Shown: one piece after another, positions 31,601 through 43,650 of the stretch | Layout: each line of letters begins with the position of its first letter | How positions within the stretch are numbered: the stretch's first letter is position 1 | IMG/VR virus record: IMGVR_UViG_3300021255_001460 | Coordinates: 26,107-90,106 of that record | Strand: one strand, 5' to 3' | DNA length: 64,000 nt | From: a virus | Taxonomy: Duplodnaviria; Caudoviricetes | Made by a program: the position numbers and the translations under genes | The notes under the pieces: model-generated | Seen by the model: the letters and a program-made list of their open reading frames with translations, nothing else | What the model was told of the DNA's origin: nothing | The model's database searches: none

Positions 31601-34600
31601 GTCCACTTGCACCAAGCTTATTTAAATCCATCTGAGCAATCTGCTTGGCGAATCTTGACAAATCCTCTTCGCCATCTTGTAGTGCCTTACGCAGATCTTC
31701 GATAAAATCGTCGGTAATAACACCAGCACTCTTCAAAGATTTCTGCGTTGCTTCATCAAGTTCATCATAAGCCTTAATCAACCCACGGGCTTCTTCTGGC
31801 GACTTCATGGCTTCAATGATCTGCTGATAAGAATTAATCGCCACACGACCAGAGTTTACCCACTGCTGGTTGACGGTATTGAGCGCAGTACCCATACGCT
31901 TGGTTGCGTCCTCAACACCCTGACTCATCTGGGTAGATACGGTACTGAAGTCGTAATTGTTAATCTTCTCCTGAAGCTGATCAAGCCACACAACCAGCGG
32001 ATGATCCTCGCCAAGATATTCACGCATCATATCAATCGACTCGAGCCATGCGTTCAGCTTTTCGATAAGCATCGTATAAATGCCATCGAGATTACCTTCA
32101 ACATCTTCGGTATCGATTTTAAATTCAGATGCAAGAAGTTTTTGCGCTTCCTGTAATTCCTTGGCAGAAGCAATACCATCGCCCTGTGCTTCTGAAATCA
32201 GTTTCCATGCATCGTACAATCTTCCAAGTTTTGCCGCCCCAGCTTCCGCATCCATTTGTAGCGGCACAAAACTTCCAATCTCATCGTTGCGGTGTTCAAA
32301 GAGTGCATATAATTCATCGACAAATTCGCCAGCATCATTTAGTGCCTCGGCCTCTGCATTATGAACATCAGCTATGGCGGTCGAGAAATCTGTCGCGCCC
32401 TGTACCCAAAGCACCTGAAGCTTACGGATAAAATCTTCGGTCAATCCGGTCGCGCTCAAGAAGGTTTTCTGCTGTTCTTTTGTGAAGTTATCATAAACTT
32501 CAAGCACAGCCGCCACACCTTCACGAGAACCAAGACTTTCAGCAAATTCTCCGAAGAAGTCCACATTTGCCTTACCTGTGGTATTGTTCGCGGTTGCCGT
32601 CATCAGAGTGGAAAGGTTATTCAGACCGCCGTAATTCTGCGACTGAGTTTTAACCGCATCACCAAATGATATGCCAGCCAGTTCCTCGAATTGGTCGATC
32701 AGTACTTGTAGATCTCCAAGTGTTGCGCTATCTGGGGCAATCGAGTTAACTATTTCTGAGAATTCGGTTAGCTTTTCTTTTGCTCCATCAACCTTCAGAC
32801 CAATCAAGCCAAAGACTTCATCAAGATGCTGTTCCACATATTCCTTATCCAGCCCAAGAGCATCGGCAATTGTTTTGTACCTTGCCTCGTCCGCTTCCTT
32901 ATTTGCAAGATGATCTGGCGCGGTGAGTTCCTGATATGCCTTTGCCGCCTCAATGATCTTATTGTAGTCCTGACGGATTTTTTCAAATGCCGCCGTATAC
33001 TCTACTTCCTTCTTCGGGTCGAGACTCAGCGTAAAGGCTTCGGCAAGAGACTTATTATCAGAACCCATCTTACCATACAGTTCGAGGCGGTACTCATTCA
33101 TCTGCTTGATGAACTCGTCAAAGTTTACTTCGCCATGTTTGAAAGAAACTTCCAGCCCCTTGATCCAGTCATCCGTAATACCAGTCATGGACTTGAATGT
33201 CTTGAGTGTTTCTTCATCCATTGAGCCAAAAGCACGAATCAAAGCCTCCGCGCCAGAACGATCCTGTAATGCTTCGTTCATGATACGCCATGCATCTTCG
33301 ACATCTTCGGTATCAACCGCAAACTTATCAGTGAAGACATTCAGGTAGCTAAGAATCTCGCTTGTCTGATCCTGAAGTTCTGCGTTGTGTTTTTCTGCGA
33401 TAGTGTAGAACTCTGCATTATCCAGCAGATCATTCATGTCGTCGATAAACTCAGCCACAAGACTGTTTTGATCGTAATCTTCAGAGGCAGTAAATGCATC
33501 GTTCAGTGCTTCGACAGAATCAACAGTCTGATTATACTTCGCAACCAAGACATCCAGCGCTGGTTCAAGGTTGTTCTTGAGATTATCCGCATCAAGTCCG
33601 GTAACAGTAGATAGTGTCTTATAAGCTTCTTCAAGTTCGCTACCAGACAAAGCATCTTCCTTGATATTCTTGTATGCTTCCCATGCCTTAACCAGTGTGG
33701 CAAAATCAGCTTTCTGACCTTCCATCAATGGATACAATTCAATGATATTCTGGTTGCCGCCAATAGTATCACGATTATCAAAGATGTCGCTATAGCCTTT
33801 GAGGATGTCGCCACTCTTGGCACGAGCCGCCAGAGATTTTGCAGGACTTGCTTCCTCGTCCGGGTTCGCACCGTCAATCGCGCCTTCGCCATCCTGCACT
33901 GCTTTATCGACAATATCGGCAACCTTCGCCACAGCAATCCCGTAGATCTCGCTATAGTCCTGTGCGATCCGATTGTATTCATCGACATCTGCCTGAGTTG
34001 CTCCTTCGGCAGTGGCTTTCTTGTAAGCTTCGTCAACCATCTGCCAACGGTCACGCTGGAGATATCCTGCATCAGCATATGCGTTCTGGGCATTCTGGCT
34101 GATCTGCGTAACAGCATCAATTGCCTGTCGCGCCCTTGCTTTCAGGCCGCTGTCAAGTGTGTAATCAAATCCATCAATTACGCTCTGATACTGCTGTTTG
34201 TATCCTTCTGCCAACCACTGTGGAACGTTATCCAGATCAAGGAAGTTGCTGAATATATCACGCACTTGGCCTTTCAGATCTTCCTTCTGCCGCTCCAGAT
34301 TAGCAAGGTCAGATACGGTCTGCATGTATTCTTCTTGAGCATAAGAGATATTGCTGTTATTCCAATAGTCCTGATTGTTGATGGCTTCATGATGTGCATT
34401 ATCTTTAATCCACTGATCAAATGTGCCGCCATAATTGAAAGCCATATTGCCGCTTGTCCAAAGATCATACTCCTTAAAGATCTTGGAGAAAGCGTCAATA
34501 TCAGTACCTCTCCTGAACCGTTCAAGAATATCCTCGCCGTATGCTTCCTGTAGTGCCGCCGCATAGTTATCGACGAACTGATTCATGTCGGTATAATAAC

Positions 34601-37385
34601 GTCCATGAGCAGTGGGAATTTGATCTTCCTGCCGCCTGATCTTACTGGCGGTTGCGTCGATGGTATTCAAGGTTTCATAAGCGGATCGTTTCGATGCCTC
34701 TTTTTGTAGCCGCAGATTTTCAGCAAGTGATTCGTTCAGCTTGTCTACCATATCTTTCTGGTAGCTATACTTATCACCAATATTCTGCACACCGCTGGTA
34801 ATACCGGGAATTAATCCTTCAAGAGCCGCATAAATTTCATTCAGCTTTTGCTGATCTTCTGCGGTCTTGTCTGTTTTCTTGGAAAGTTCTTCATACTCAT
34901 CGCGAAGTGCGACAATAGCGTCATTTTTCTGTGCAAATTTTTCCTGTTCTTCTCTTGCGTCACTAATACTATTTTTAATGTCAGACAAAGACTGATCAAT
35001 ATCTTCGCTACGGTCGGCAATTTCCGTTTCAGCACCGCCAACCATTCCGATCAAAGAAGAGAACAGCGCAATCATCGCACCAACACCAGCCGCAATCATT
35101 GCATACGGATGGCCTGTGGCGAAGTTAATAATTGTGTCGAACAAGTTAAATGATTTGTGAGCATTCAGGAAAGTTACTAAAGATCCAATCAGACCAATGA
35201 GAACCGGGAGCGCGATATTCAGTCCACCAACAGCGCTGGTCACATCGAGGAAATCGGTGGCAAGATCAAGCAATCCCTTAGTGATTTCTGGAATGTGGAA
35301 GGCACTATATAGTTTTTCCAACGAAGCCTGAAGTCTACCTTGTGCCGCCGTAACTGATTCCTGCCAGACCGCGAAAGACTCAGTTGTGGTATTGGCACTA
35401 TCCATTGCGATTTGATATAGTGTCAGTGCGCGAGAAACTCCGTCTACACTTTCAGCCGTCTTTGACAAATCTTCCATCAAGCCGATAAAGAAGTTCTGTC
35501 CACGAGTACCAGCCATAACTGTAGCCAGATAGGATCGGGTCTTGCTATCCATGTCTGCCCACTTTTCACCGATCTCGTTAAACACTTGGCCCATCTTACG
35601 CCACTTGCCATTCGCATCCATCAGAGCAATACCCTGTGTGGCAAGTGCTTTTGTAACATCATTCAGTTTGGTTTCGTCATCACTATTGAAACCAGTCTGC
35701 TTGATCTGACGCATACGTGCCAGAATTGTGTTCAGCGCAGTACCGATAGATTCAGGGGCAAGACGAGTACGCTCGGACAATGTGGCAATCCAAGAAGACA
35801 ATTGCTCAAACGATACACCAGCATCAGATGCAACACTCGCAACCTTCTGCATTGCGGTTGCCATTTCAGCACCACTCGTTGCGGCGGCGTTTCCCATTGC
35901 GATAAACGTATCTGTGACATGTTCGATATTAAGTCCAACTTGTCCTGTGGCATCATCAACCCAACCGGAATAACCGTTCAGAGTTGCAGTCAAAAGTTCT
36001 GAAGCTTCGTCAAAATTCATCTTGGTAACCTTTGCGAACTCGGTTACCCATTTAAGTCTGTCGTCAACTTCATCATCACTCAAGCCCTGACGATAGAATG
36101 TAATTGCCGCTTCAGCAATCTCTTTGCTACTAACATTCATCTCACGAGCCATATCGCGATACTTAACAGCCAGTTCGTCTGCGGCTTGTTGGTTCATACC
36201 AGTAACCACACGAATTTCGTTCATCTGGTCATAGTATTCGTTAGCATATTGGGTTGCTTCCTGCCACATTTTTCGCAGAAGATTTTGGGCGGCATGAACA
36301 CCAATCTGCACCAATGATGTAAGAATCTTGTCAGCCAGCGTGGTGGTGACCGTTAGTTCAGAATTCGCGTCGGCAAACTTACCCCTGAGATCTGTGGCAT
36401 AATCGCCTGACTTGCGAATATAGTCAGCTTCCAGTTGAGTATTATCAGCGCCAGCATCAACAAGCGCATTAATCTCGGCTTCTACACCCCTCAACTGTTG
36501 TGCATAATGATAAGACTGTTCAATAGCCGCAGAACGTTTTTCTTCACTCGAAGATTCGGAATGTCCAACAGCATCTGCGGATGACATTTTCTTAAAGTAT
36601 TCAAGACGCTGTTTGTATAGTTCGTTAAGCCGCCTCTGATTGGCGATCTCATTTTGTGTAGCAGTTGTGTCGGCTTGCTTAGCCCTGACCAAAGCGGCTT
36701 CCTGCTCATATGTTCTGTTCAGCTGTTCAAGTGCATTGCGCTGTGTTTCAGTCAGAGTGATGTTCCGGGATCTCTGCTCATACTCCGCACGTAAAGCATC
36801 TGCCTGTGCATGTAAGGCCACAATAGAATTTGCATCTTTTGATGGATCAAGTTTTGCGGCCTGTAATTCATATGAGTTGATTTGCTTCTGGAGACTCAAC
36901 AACTGCTGATATTGTTCGACTTGCCTTTTGGAGGCTTCAGTTGCGGCCTTTTGATCGGCAACCTGTGCTTTGATTTGCTCAGTACGAGTCTGTCCTTTTG
37001 AAACAAGTTCCGCAAGTTGAAGCTTTTCTTTGTCATTGAACTTGATGCTATCTACAATCAGATTAACAATAGCACCTAACTTCTCCGCTCTTTTTTGTAG
37101 CGCTTGCAGTTCGCTGGCATTTGTCTCAGCACTTAACCGCGCATTCTGAGCAGATATGTTATTAAGTTCGGACAAAACCTTCTTGAGTTCATTATAAGCG
37201 ATAGTGGCTTCCTTGGCAGACTTTGCCGCGCCAGACTGGTTACCCATATCAGCGATTGCACCATCAACGCCACTGATCTACCCTTTGATTTTGTCCATCT
37301 GTTCTGCGGTGAACGATGTTGCACTAACTAGCGCATCATGTAATGGTTTCCAGTTAATGACTAGTTCGCCAACATTAACAGCCAT
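28674..37385 (-). CDS. Tape measure protein (~2903 aa) with an in-frame TAG at codon 36 (37278-37280)
   Basis: Strong SD GGGGAGGG and ATG at 37385; MAVNVGELVINW...DKIKG*ISGVDG is in frame with the 2857-aa track ORF. TP901-type TMP core (AITFYRQGL, ATSGAEMATAMQK, ESIGTALNTILAR). Confidence 0.92.
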
Positions 37386-37441
37386 AGGTTATCCCTCCCC
37401 TAGTAAAACAAGAAAAAGGGGGTTGTTACACCCCCTCATAA

Positions 37442-38086
37442 TCAGTTAACTTTGCGCGGTTTCAGGTCGATAACATTGCCAGCAGTGCCAACAACTCTTA
37501 CACCATTCGCCTTTTTCGCTTCGGTATTCTTATTAGGAAGGCTATTAAGGACTTCCATAACATCGATCATCCGTTCAGTCAGCCCACTCTGATCTGCAAG
37601 CTGTGCCGCAACATCTGGATTGTCAAACACAAAACCAAAACTCTTCATAAAATTGTGAGACAGACTATGCCGCGACATAAATGTAGAAACGACAACAGTG
37701 CGAACATCAAAAACATTTTCCATGCATATCGATTCATCCTTGATCACCGCACAAATCTGTTCTGCGATTCCACTCGACCAAAGATAATCATAAACCTTGT
37801 CGCACTCTTCAGCGTTATTGATATCAAACTTGATGTTTGTATAATACTCGGCATTAAGCAATGTCCGCATCATTTTCTCGTTCGTGAAGAAACATTCGCC
37901 AATATCGTCGTCCTCAGTAATGGTTCTCGCACAATATTCGACTGCGTACTGCTCACGCTCTTCAGGCCGCAACATTGTGCGAACCTTGATCTCATTGCCG
38001 TTGTTATCATAAATGTCTACTGTTTCAGTATACTTTTCTTCCAGTTTATCGAGCGGAAGCACAACATTCTTTTCTTCCATCGCCAT
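37442..38086 (-). CDS. Hypothetical tail-region protein
   Basis: SD AGGAG; 214 aa. Confidence 0.7.
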   Translation of the reverse strand: MAMEEKNVVLPLDKLEEKYTETVDIYDNNGNEIKVRTMLRPEEREQYAVEYCARTITEDDDIGECFFTNEKMMRTLLNAEYYTNIKFDINNAEECDKVYDYLWSSGIAEQICAVIKDESICMENVFDVRTVVVSTFMSRHSLSHNFMKSFGFVFDNPDVAAQLADQSGLTERMIDVMEVLNSLPNKNTEAKKANGVRVVGTAGNVIDLKPRKVN

Positions 38087-38101
38087 AATCCTATCTCCTT
38101 C

Positions 38102-38904
38102 TTACTTAACAACGCCGCCGAAAATGGTGGCAAGCTGTTGCTGGGTTTCGCCATTCTTCTTGTTCTTTGTCTGAGCAAGCGGATACTGTTCCTGCACAAT
38201 CTTGCTGGAGTCCTCAACAGAATAGTTGGAGTTGCCAACAAGGTTGACATATGCTTCGTACATAAGTTTATGTCCAAGGTGGGTCAGGATGTCGTCGAAG
38301 AAATCAAAGTGCATGTTATTGATCTTCTCTTCATCGACGCAACCCAAGTGGACAGCAACGACGGCGACTGCCTCATCGAGTGTCAGCGCACCGCCTTCTG
38401 ACTCCCCTGTTTTTTTAGATTTTCACGCTTCTCGTCGATGCGGTTGACTCGCTTGTAAATCTTGAGAATCTCTTCAATCGTATCCGTATCGAGATTGTTA
38501 TACTCGCGCTTTACAAGTTCCTCGTCATCGGTAACAGCCACAAGCCAGTTGAACAGTGCGGTGTCGCCATCGCCCCAGCCGGGAAGTTCGGTCACAAAAA
38601 GTTCTGGGAGCGGGATCTGTTCAAGTACCAGATAGAAGGCCGCAAGATTGCTCCGCTGGTAACCAACTTTGGTGGACTTAATTTCAATGGGTGTGTTGCC
38701 AAACAGTACTGTATTTTCAGGATGCTTGAACTTCTGGACTTCAGGCATCTCTTTATTTTCTTCTGTCTTTTTGGGAATCGGCTTGTCGGTCTTCGCAGTT
38801 TCGGGAAGTTCTTTTTTCACTTCTTCAACTTCTGGAAGTGCTTTAGCTGTCGCGTTAGCTGTCGCGTTAGCCGCCGATCCACTTACCTTTTTCCTTGCCG
38901 CCAT
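38102..38904 (-). CDS. Tail assembly chaperone G (38383-38904) and its -1 frameshift extension GT (to 38102)
   Basis: Slippery A-AAA-AAA at 38410-38416. The -1 frame reads KTGESEGGALTLDEAVAVVAVHLGCVDEEKINNM... into track ORF 38102-38347. It sits between the tube and TMP genes. Confidence 0.8.
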
Positions 38905-38980
38905 AATTATCTCCTTATTCCAAAATAACCCCCTGTAGGTTTTAAGTACAGGGGGTTAGTTATTACCTTATGGTATCTGA

Positions 38981-40803
38981 TTACCAGTCAACTGTGCTGG
39001 CGCTGGACTTGGTTACCATGTCGCCCTTGTTGTCGAAAGGCTCAAAAATCATACGGTTGGTACGCTTATCAGCACGTTTCGGGTCGATAACAGAGAAGGT
39101 AATGCTGTTGGTTGCATGAGACTTGTCATTGATCTTCAACATGATTCGCTACGTCATGTCCGCTTTTCAGCCGCTATGTGTCACCACATATGATGAGACT
39201 ATATCTTCACCCTCGCATCTCAGCGTAGGGGTCTTCCCATTTCAGCTTCGCTTGAAGCTTACTCTACTCGCTTCTTCCTGCATATCCTTGTATGCATTCT
39301 GCTTTCGATAGTCGTTAGGCTTTTATAAAACATCATCAACATATTCCCAATGGTAACCGCCACATTTATATCCGGTCTTACAAGCCCTCGTCAGATTGCC
39401 TCGCGACACATTATATTTTGTAGCGGCATCAACCATAGTATAGAAAACTTCGTTGGTTTCAATACAACGAATTGTTCGATGACAAGTAGCAATTACTTGT
39501 TCAACCGTCTTTGCTTTGAACTCAGCATCCTGCCATCTTGCTGTTGCCTGTTCAGATCTTCGTTTGCGTTTTTCTGGATCTTTCCAAGCACTCTTCATTC
39601 TCCGCTTCATATCATCTTTATACTGCGGATCACTCCATTGACGAATCAAATTGTCAATGTTTGGAATGTTCCCGCCGCCACTTATATTGTAGCCATACTG
39701 ATGATCTGTTGCGTTGAATTGAGTAATCAGTTCAATTTCCTTGCGGCAAGCTTCGTCGTATGTCAACCCGGTATATAAAATTTTGTGATCAAAATTTTCC
39801 CACCCATATTTCTGAATTGCTTTCCAGAACTATGTGCAAGACTGATATCGTTTACCATCAGATCCCCAACGATGTGTTGGTTTCTGACAAGTAATACCAA
39901 TATACACCTTACCATTAATACGATTGGTATGTTGATAAACTATATACTTCTTATTCACTTGTACCCCTTAATAACAAGTGATGATGTTTTACTTCAGCAC
40001 GGTAGGTTTTCTTTACACTGCAACCTATGGTGTAAAGACGTTCCCCGTTTAAGGAAGATATTTTTCATAAACATTACTGTTTACGCAACCTGTTTTGTTA
40101 AGCTGTTGTCGAATCCGGGAGCGGCGGTAGCACGTACCTTGTAGAACAGCCAGTGGAGCATACCCTTGAGAGTAGCTTCGGAGCAGTCCGTGCCGCTGGA
40201 GTACAGAGGCCAGTGAGCAGTCAGAGAACCCTTTGCCATCGTGCTGTCGGTGTACTCGTTCAGTTCGTAGCCATTCACAACCCGGCGGGTATAGAATACA
40301 CGGAACTCATCGCCAACCGCAACATCGGAAGCATTGAGTGTGATCTCGGTCTTGCCAGCAACTTCAGCAGTAGAAGCAGTGATAGCAACCTTGAACTTGC
40401 CTTCTGCGGCGGTTTCCTCTTCGGTTTCCTCAAGTCCGCGAATATACACAGAACCAGCTTCAACCTCGAACGGCAGTACGACCTTCGGGCCAGTCTCAAC
40501 CTGAACCAGCGTGGCTTCATCAACACCAGCGTCAACAACTTCGATTTCAGCGTTGTTCGCCATCATGAAGATATCCATCGTGAACAGAGAAGAAGCGAAG
40601 GTAATTTCAACAGTCTTATCAGTTTCGATGTAAGCCAGCGGCAGAGACTTCTGACCACCAGTGATAGTAACGACGTTATTGGTACGACTGATAGATGCGG
40701 TGTTCACTTCGTCAAAATGGAAGTGTACACCATCACAACGAGTAAAGTCCTAGTCAGGGTTATCAACAATATAACCCTCATACTTGGGAATATAAATCGC
40801 CAT
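38981..40803 (-). CDS. Major tail (tube) protein, exons 40803-40101 and 39126-38981 (~282 aa), with an in-frame TAG at codon 18 (40750-40752)
   Basis: SD GGGAGG; reads MAIYIPKYEGYIVDNPD*DFTRCDG.... Splicing gives APGFDNS-Y-KSHATNSITFSVIDPKRADKR...VDW*. Confidence 0.85.
39127..40100 (-). mobile_element. Group I intron (974 nt) carrying a homing endonuclease
   Basis: P1: exon CAGCU pairs with IGS GGUUG. Core elements TTAAACGGGGAACG, AACCTACCGTGCTGAAG, CTAACGACTATCGAAAG and GAAGATATAGTCT; terminal G at 39127. Confidence 0.92.
39323..39958 (-). CDS. GIY-YIG homing endonuclease (C-terminal NUMOD1-like domain) with an in-frame TAG at codon 43 (39830-39832)
   Basis: GTG start; YIVYQHTNRINGKVYIGIT...RW...CT*FWKAIQKYGWENF...EIELI...YGYNISGGG; C-terminal CKTGYKCGGYHWEY. 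Confidence 0.88.
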
Positions 40804-40867
40804 AGTGTTTTTCCTCCCTTACGATTATATTACTTCATCATTCGCCTCCTACACAAATGACGAGGTA

Positions 40868-41350
40868 TTATATCGTAGTAGTATATGCAAAGGAGATACG
40901 AGCCACTCGGTAACTCGTAGCCTTTGTCCACAGAGTATGAGTATCTCTTGCCAGCGTGTACCGCATCCGCTGGACATATCGCCGCCCCAACAAGAGATAT
41001 TTGAGGCGGTTCGCTATCAGATCATAGCGTGTTTGCAAACGGTCTTCCGTCGCGGTACGCAATACATCTTTATTAACATAGATCAGGAAGGTCTTGTACA
41101 TATGGTGTACATGAGGATCATTGCCGCTTGCTGGTTCATCATAGTAAATGATACGCACAGCTTCGTCGGTCAATACGTCCGTGCCACTTCCATCCTCTAT
41201 GAAATATTTATCTACAAAATCCATGATGCCGCAATCTTTTGGAATGCACATCAATTCTTTAAGCTTGTCATCCTTGAACAGGACATATCGGATTACATCA
41301 TTCCAATTATCGTCCCAAGAATGACTCTTCTCAACATATTCGGAATACAT
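40868..41350 (-). CDS. Putative tail terminator/neck protein
   Basis: Immediately upstream of the tube gene; SD AGGTGA. Confidence 0.55.
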   Translation of the reverse strand: MYSEYVEKSHSWDDNWNDVIRYVLFKDDKLKELMCIPKDCGIMDFVDKYFIEDGSGTDVLTDEAVRIIYYDEPASGNDPHVHHMYKTFLIYVNKDVLRTATEDRLQTRYDLIANRLKYLLLGRRYVQRMRYTLARDTHTLWTKATSYRVARISFAYTTTI

Positions 41351-41369
41351 GCAATCACCTATATGTTAG

Positions 41370-42056
41370 TTATATAAACGAATCCCAGTCAATCGTGTCG
41401 TCAGGCACATAACCCCAATCGGTAAATGCGTCTGGGGCATCATAATTATTCCTATGATCAACACTGCTGTGAATAGCCATATTATTCAACGTCGCCGCAA
41501 ATGCTTGTGGTATAAAACTAGCCAGTGCATTTTGTAAAATATCCTTCGCCTTGTGTTCCATATTCTGTGCGGCATCTTCGATATAATACTGTCCTTCTTC
41601 TGGCAAGATTTTCATATAACCAAGAACATCATGTGCAGATTTTGACTTGCTCAATTCCCTTCCAGACAAATCGTGATTCCATACTTCCTGACCCGGTTTC
41701 GTGAGCAACGTGCCATCCTCGTCTGTATTACCTTCTTGGATCACAAGACTGCGTTCCTTTACATATGGCTCAACAGCATCTCCAAGACCAGCACGAATAG
41801 TAATCACAGCATCATTCATCTCTGGCTTGAACGTTTTGTTGGAATCATCAATTGCTTGTTGGACACTGCGTACCCAATCCTGAGTCTCCTTCACACGTTC
41901 AACACCATGACTATTTGTATACGATCTATGTTCAAGGTTCATTGTGTCGGCGGCAATCCGTACAGTCTTCTTCAACTCTTCAGCAAACTCATTTTGAATT
42001 TCCTGACATGCACCAGCCAGTCTATTTGCCACGGCATTAACAACACTTTCAGCCAT
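41370..42056 (-). CDS. Putative neck/tail-completion protein
   Basis: Position in the head-tail joining block; ATG overlaps the upstream gene end. Confidence 0.5.
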   Translation of the reverse strand: MAESVVNAVANRLAGACQEIQNEFAEELKKTVRIAADTMNLEHRSYTNSHGVERVKETQDWVRSVQQAIDDSNKTFKPEMNDAVITIRAGLGDAVEPYVKERSLVIQEGNTDEDGTLLTKPGQEVWNHDLSGRELSKSKSAHDVLGYMKILPEEGQYYIEDAAQNMEHKAKDILQNALASFIPQAFAATLNNMAIHSSVDHRNNYDAPDAFTDWGYVPDDTIDWDSFI

Positions 42057-42888
42057 TGACAACACCACCCTGAACACGTTTGCCGTACACAACAATCACA
42101 CCGTGTTTCTTATGAATATCCACCTCGGCAGTAGATATATCAACCGCACGATATGTGAACTTATGGATAACAAACTCATCGTCAATCATGAGTTGCTTCG
42201 TCTTATCATTCCACTGGAGCGAAACCGTAATCAAGTCGTTCGGCGTAATACCCGGAATGGCAGTACTTGCAGAATAGTCAGGTCTGCCTTGGTACAACGT
42301 CCAGCTTGCCGGGATGTTGTCCACAATGACCAGCCGCCCACGTTTGTCCAGATCCACGCCCGTCTTATGAATCACAAATCCGTTCTCGTCGGTGGGCGCT
42401 TCATACTTCCGTGTAAACGTCAGGTAGTTGTTGCACTCTGTACTCTGCGTCGCCAGATTGTTCGCGTGGTTCATTACGTTCCAGCTACAGAGGAACACAA
42501 CACCATCTTCGCGGATGACATAATCACCCTTGTGGATCTCCAGTGTCCGCTCCACTTTCAGGTTGGTGGACATATCGGAGTTGCCGATCTTGGATTTCCA
42601 GTCAATAGGTGTTTGCTGACCGCGAAAGAAAAGCCCCGGAGTCTGGCGGTTGTACCAGTCATGAATCATCTCGAATGTATAATTTACACCGGGTTTATAT
42701 TCAAGCAGTTCGTTCTTCCAGTCAGAATACAGGGTTTCCGGGTCGAGGAATCTGTCGCCATTGTATGCCTGTTGATTGTAGGTCACACTGGCTTCGACTT
42801 CCTCTTTTGTGCCGATACTTATATGTGAACCCGCTGAAGTAACGTAGTCGGGCTACTCACTCCTGCGGACTGCAAATACCTTGCCCAT
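42049..42888 (-). CDS. Putative head-tail joining protein; probable start 42888 with TAG at codon 12 (42853-42855), alternative GTG start 42786
   Basis: SD GGTGAG and ATG read MGKVFAVRRSE*PDYVTSAG...ASVTYNQQAY..., in frame with the track ORF. Confidence 0.6.
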
Positions 42889-43198
42889 CTGTCTCACCAC
42901 TCTCGTTACGGAGTCGTAGATTATCAGGAAGGCGCTCAATCTCTCCTGCCTTGTCCAGCAGTTTGTGCTTGATGGCACAGTACTTCGCCCACGTATCATC
43001 CGTCCAGTCATTCTTTGACGAACCGTTTGTGGCTCGATAAATGACATCTTCGACATCCGTGATCAATGTCCACAAATTGTTGCGGAAGATGTTGCACCAC
43101 TCGCGCAGAGGATACAGATCGTTCGACACTTCCTTCATGTCGCGATCATGTTCCACAACATTGACGTATACTTTCTGCATGATCCTTAATCCTTTCAT
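42857..43198 (-). CDS. Hypothetical head-tail region protein
   Basis: Coupled ORF in the morphogenesis block. Confidence 0.65.
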   Translation of the reverse strand: MKGLRIMQKVYVNVVEHDRDMKEVSNDLYPLREWCNIFRNNLWTLITDVEDVIYRATNGSSKNDWTDDTWAKYCAIKHKLLDKAGEIERLPDNLRLRNESGETDGQGICSPQE

Positions 43199-43201
43199 CC
43201 A

Positions 43202-43630
43202 TTATAGACAAACCATGTTGTATCTGGTCATCTTGTGCCAGATCTCAATTTTCCGCGCCCTCAGTAGTGCGATAGTATCCTGAAGGTTTTTGTACGGTTT
43301 GTCCGCATTGGTTCTGGACATAGCATCAGTAGAATAACTGACAATGTTATTCACGGTTGTCTGCACCTTTTCAAAGAAGAACACTTTGGCGGCGGCAAGA
43401 ATGTATTCCTGCTCATCCAGCTTGAAGGTCGCAGTAAATGCAATAGGCACAGCCCCATCATAAACAACCATGCTGTCATCGTACTGATCCGCTTTGCCAG
43501 CCATGATATAAAATTCTTTGATGGCCTTAACCAGCATTGGGGTCAGGTCATCCACACTCATATCTTCGGGGATTGTCTGCCACTCGATTTCCTTGGCAAG
43601 TTCTCCCGCCAGAACGATAAGGTCTGTCAT
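43202..43630 (-). CDS. Putative head-tail adaptor
   Basis: Position after the capsid genes; VSYSTDAMS..NADKPYKNL motif. Confidence 0.55.
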   Translation of the reverse strand: MTDLIVLAGELAKEIEWQTIPEDMSVDDLTPMLVKAIKEFYIMAGKADQYDDSMVVYDGAVPIAFTATFKLDEQEYILAAAKVFFFEKVQTTVNNIVSYSTDAMSRTNADKPYKNLQDTIALLRARKIEIWHKMTRYNMVCL

Positions 43631-43650
43631 GCCTATCACATCCCCACTGT

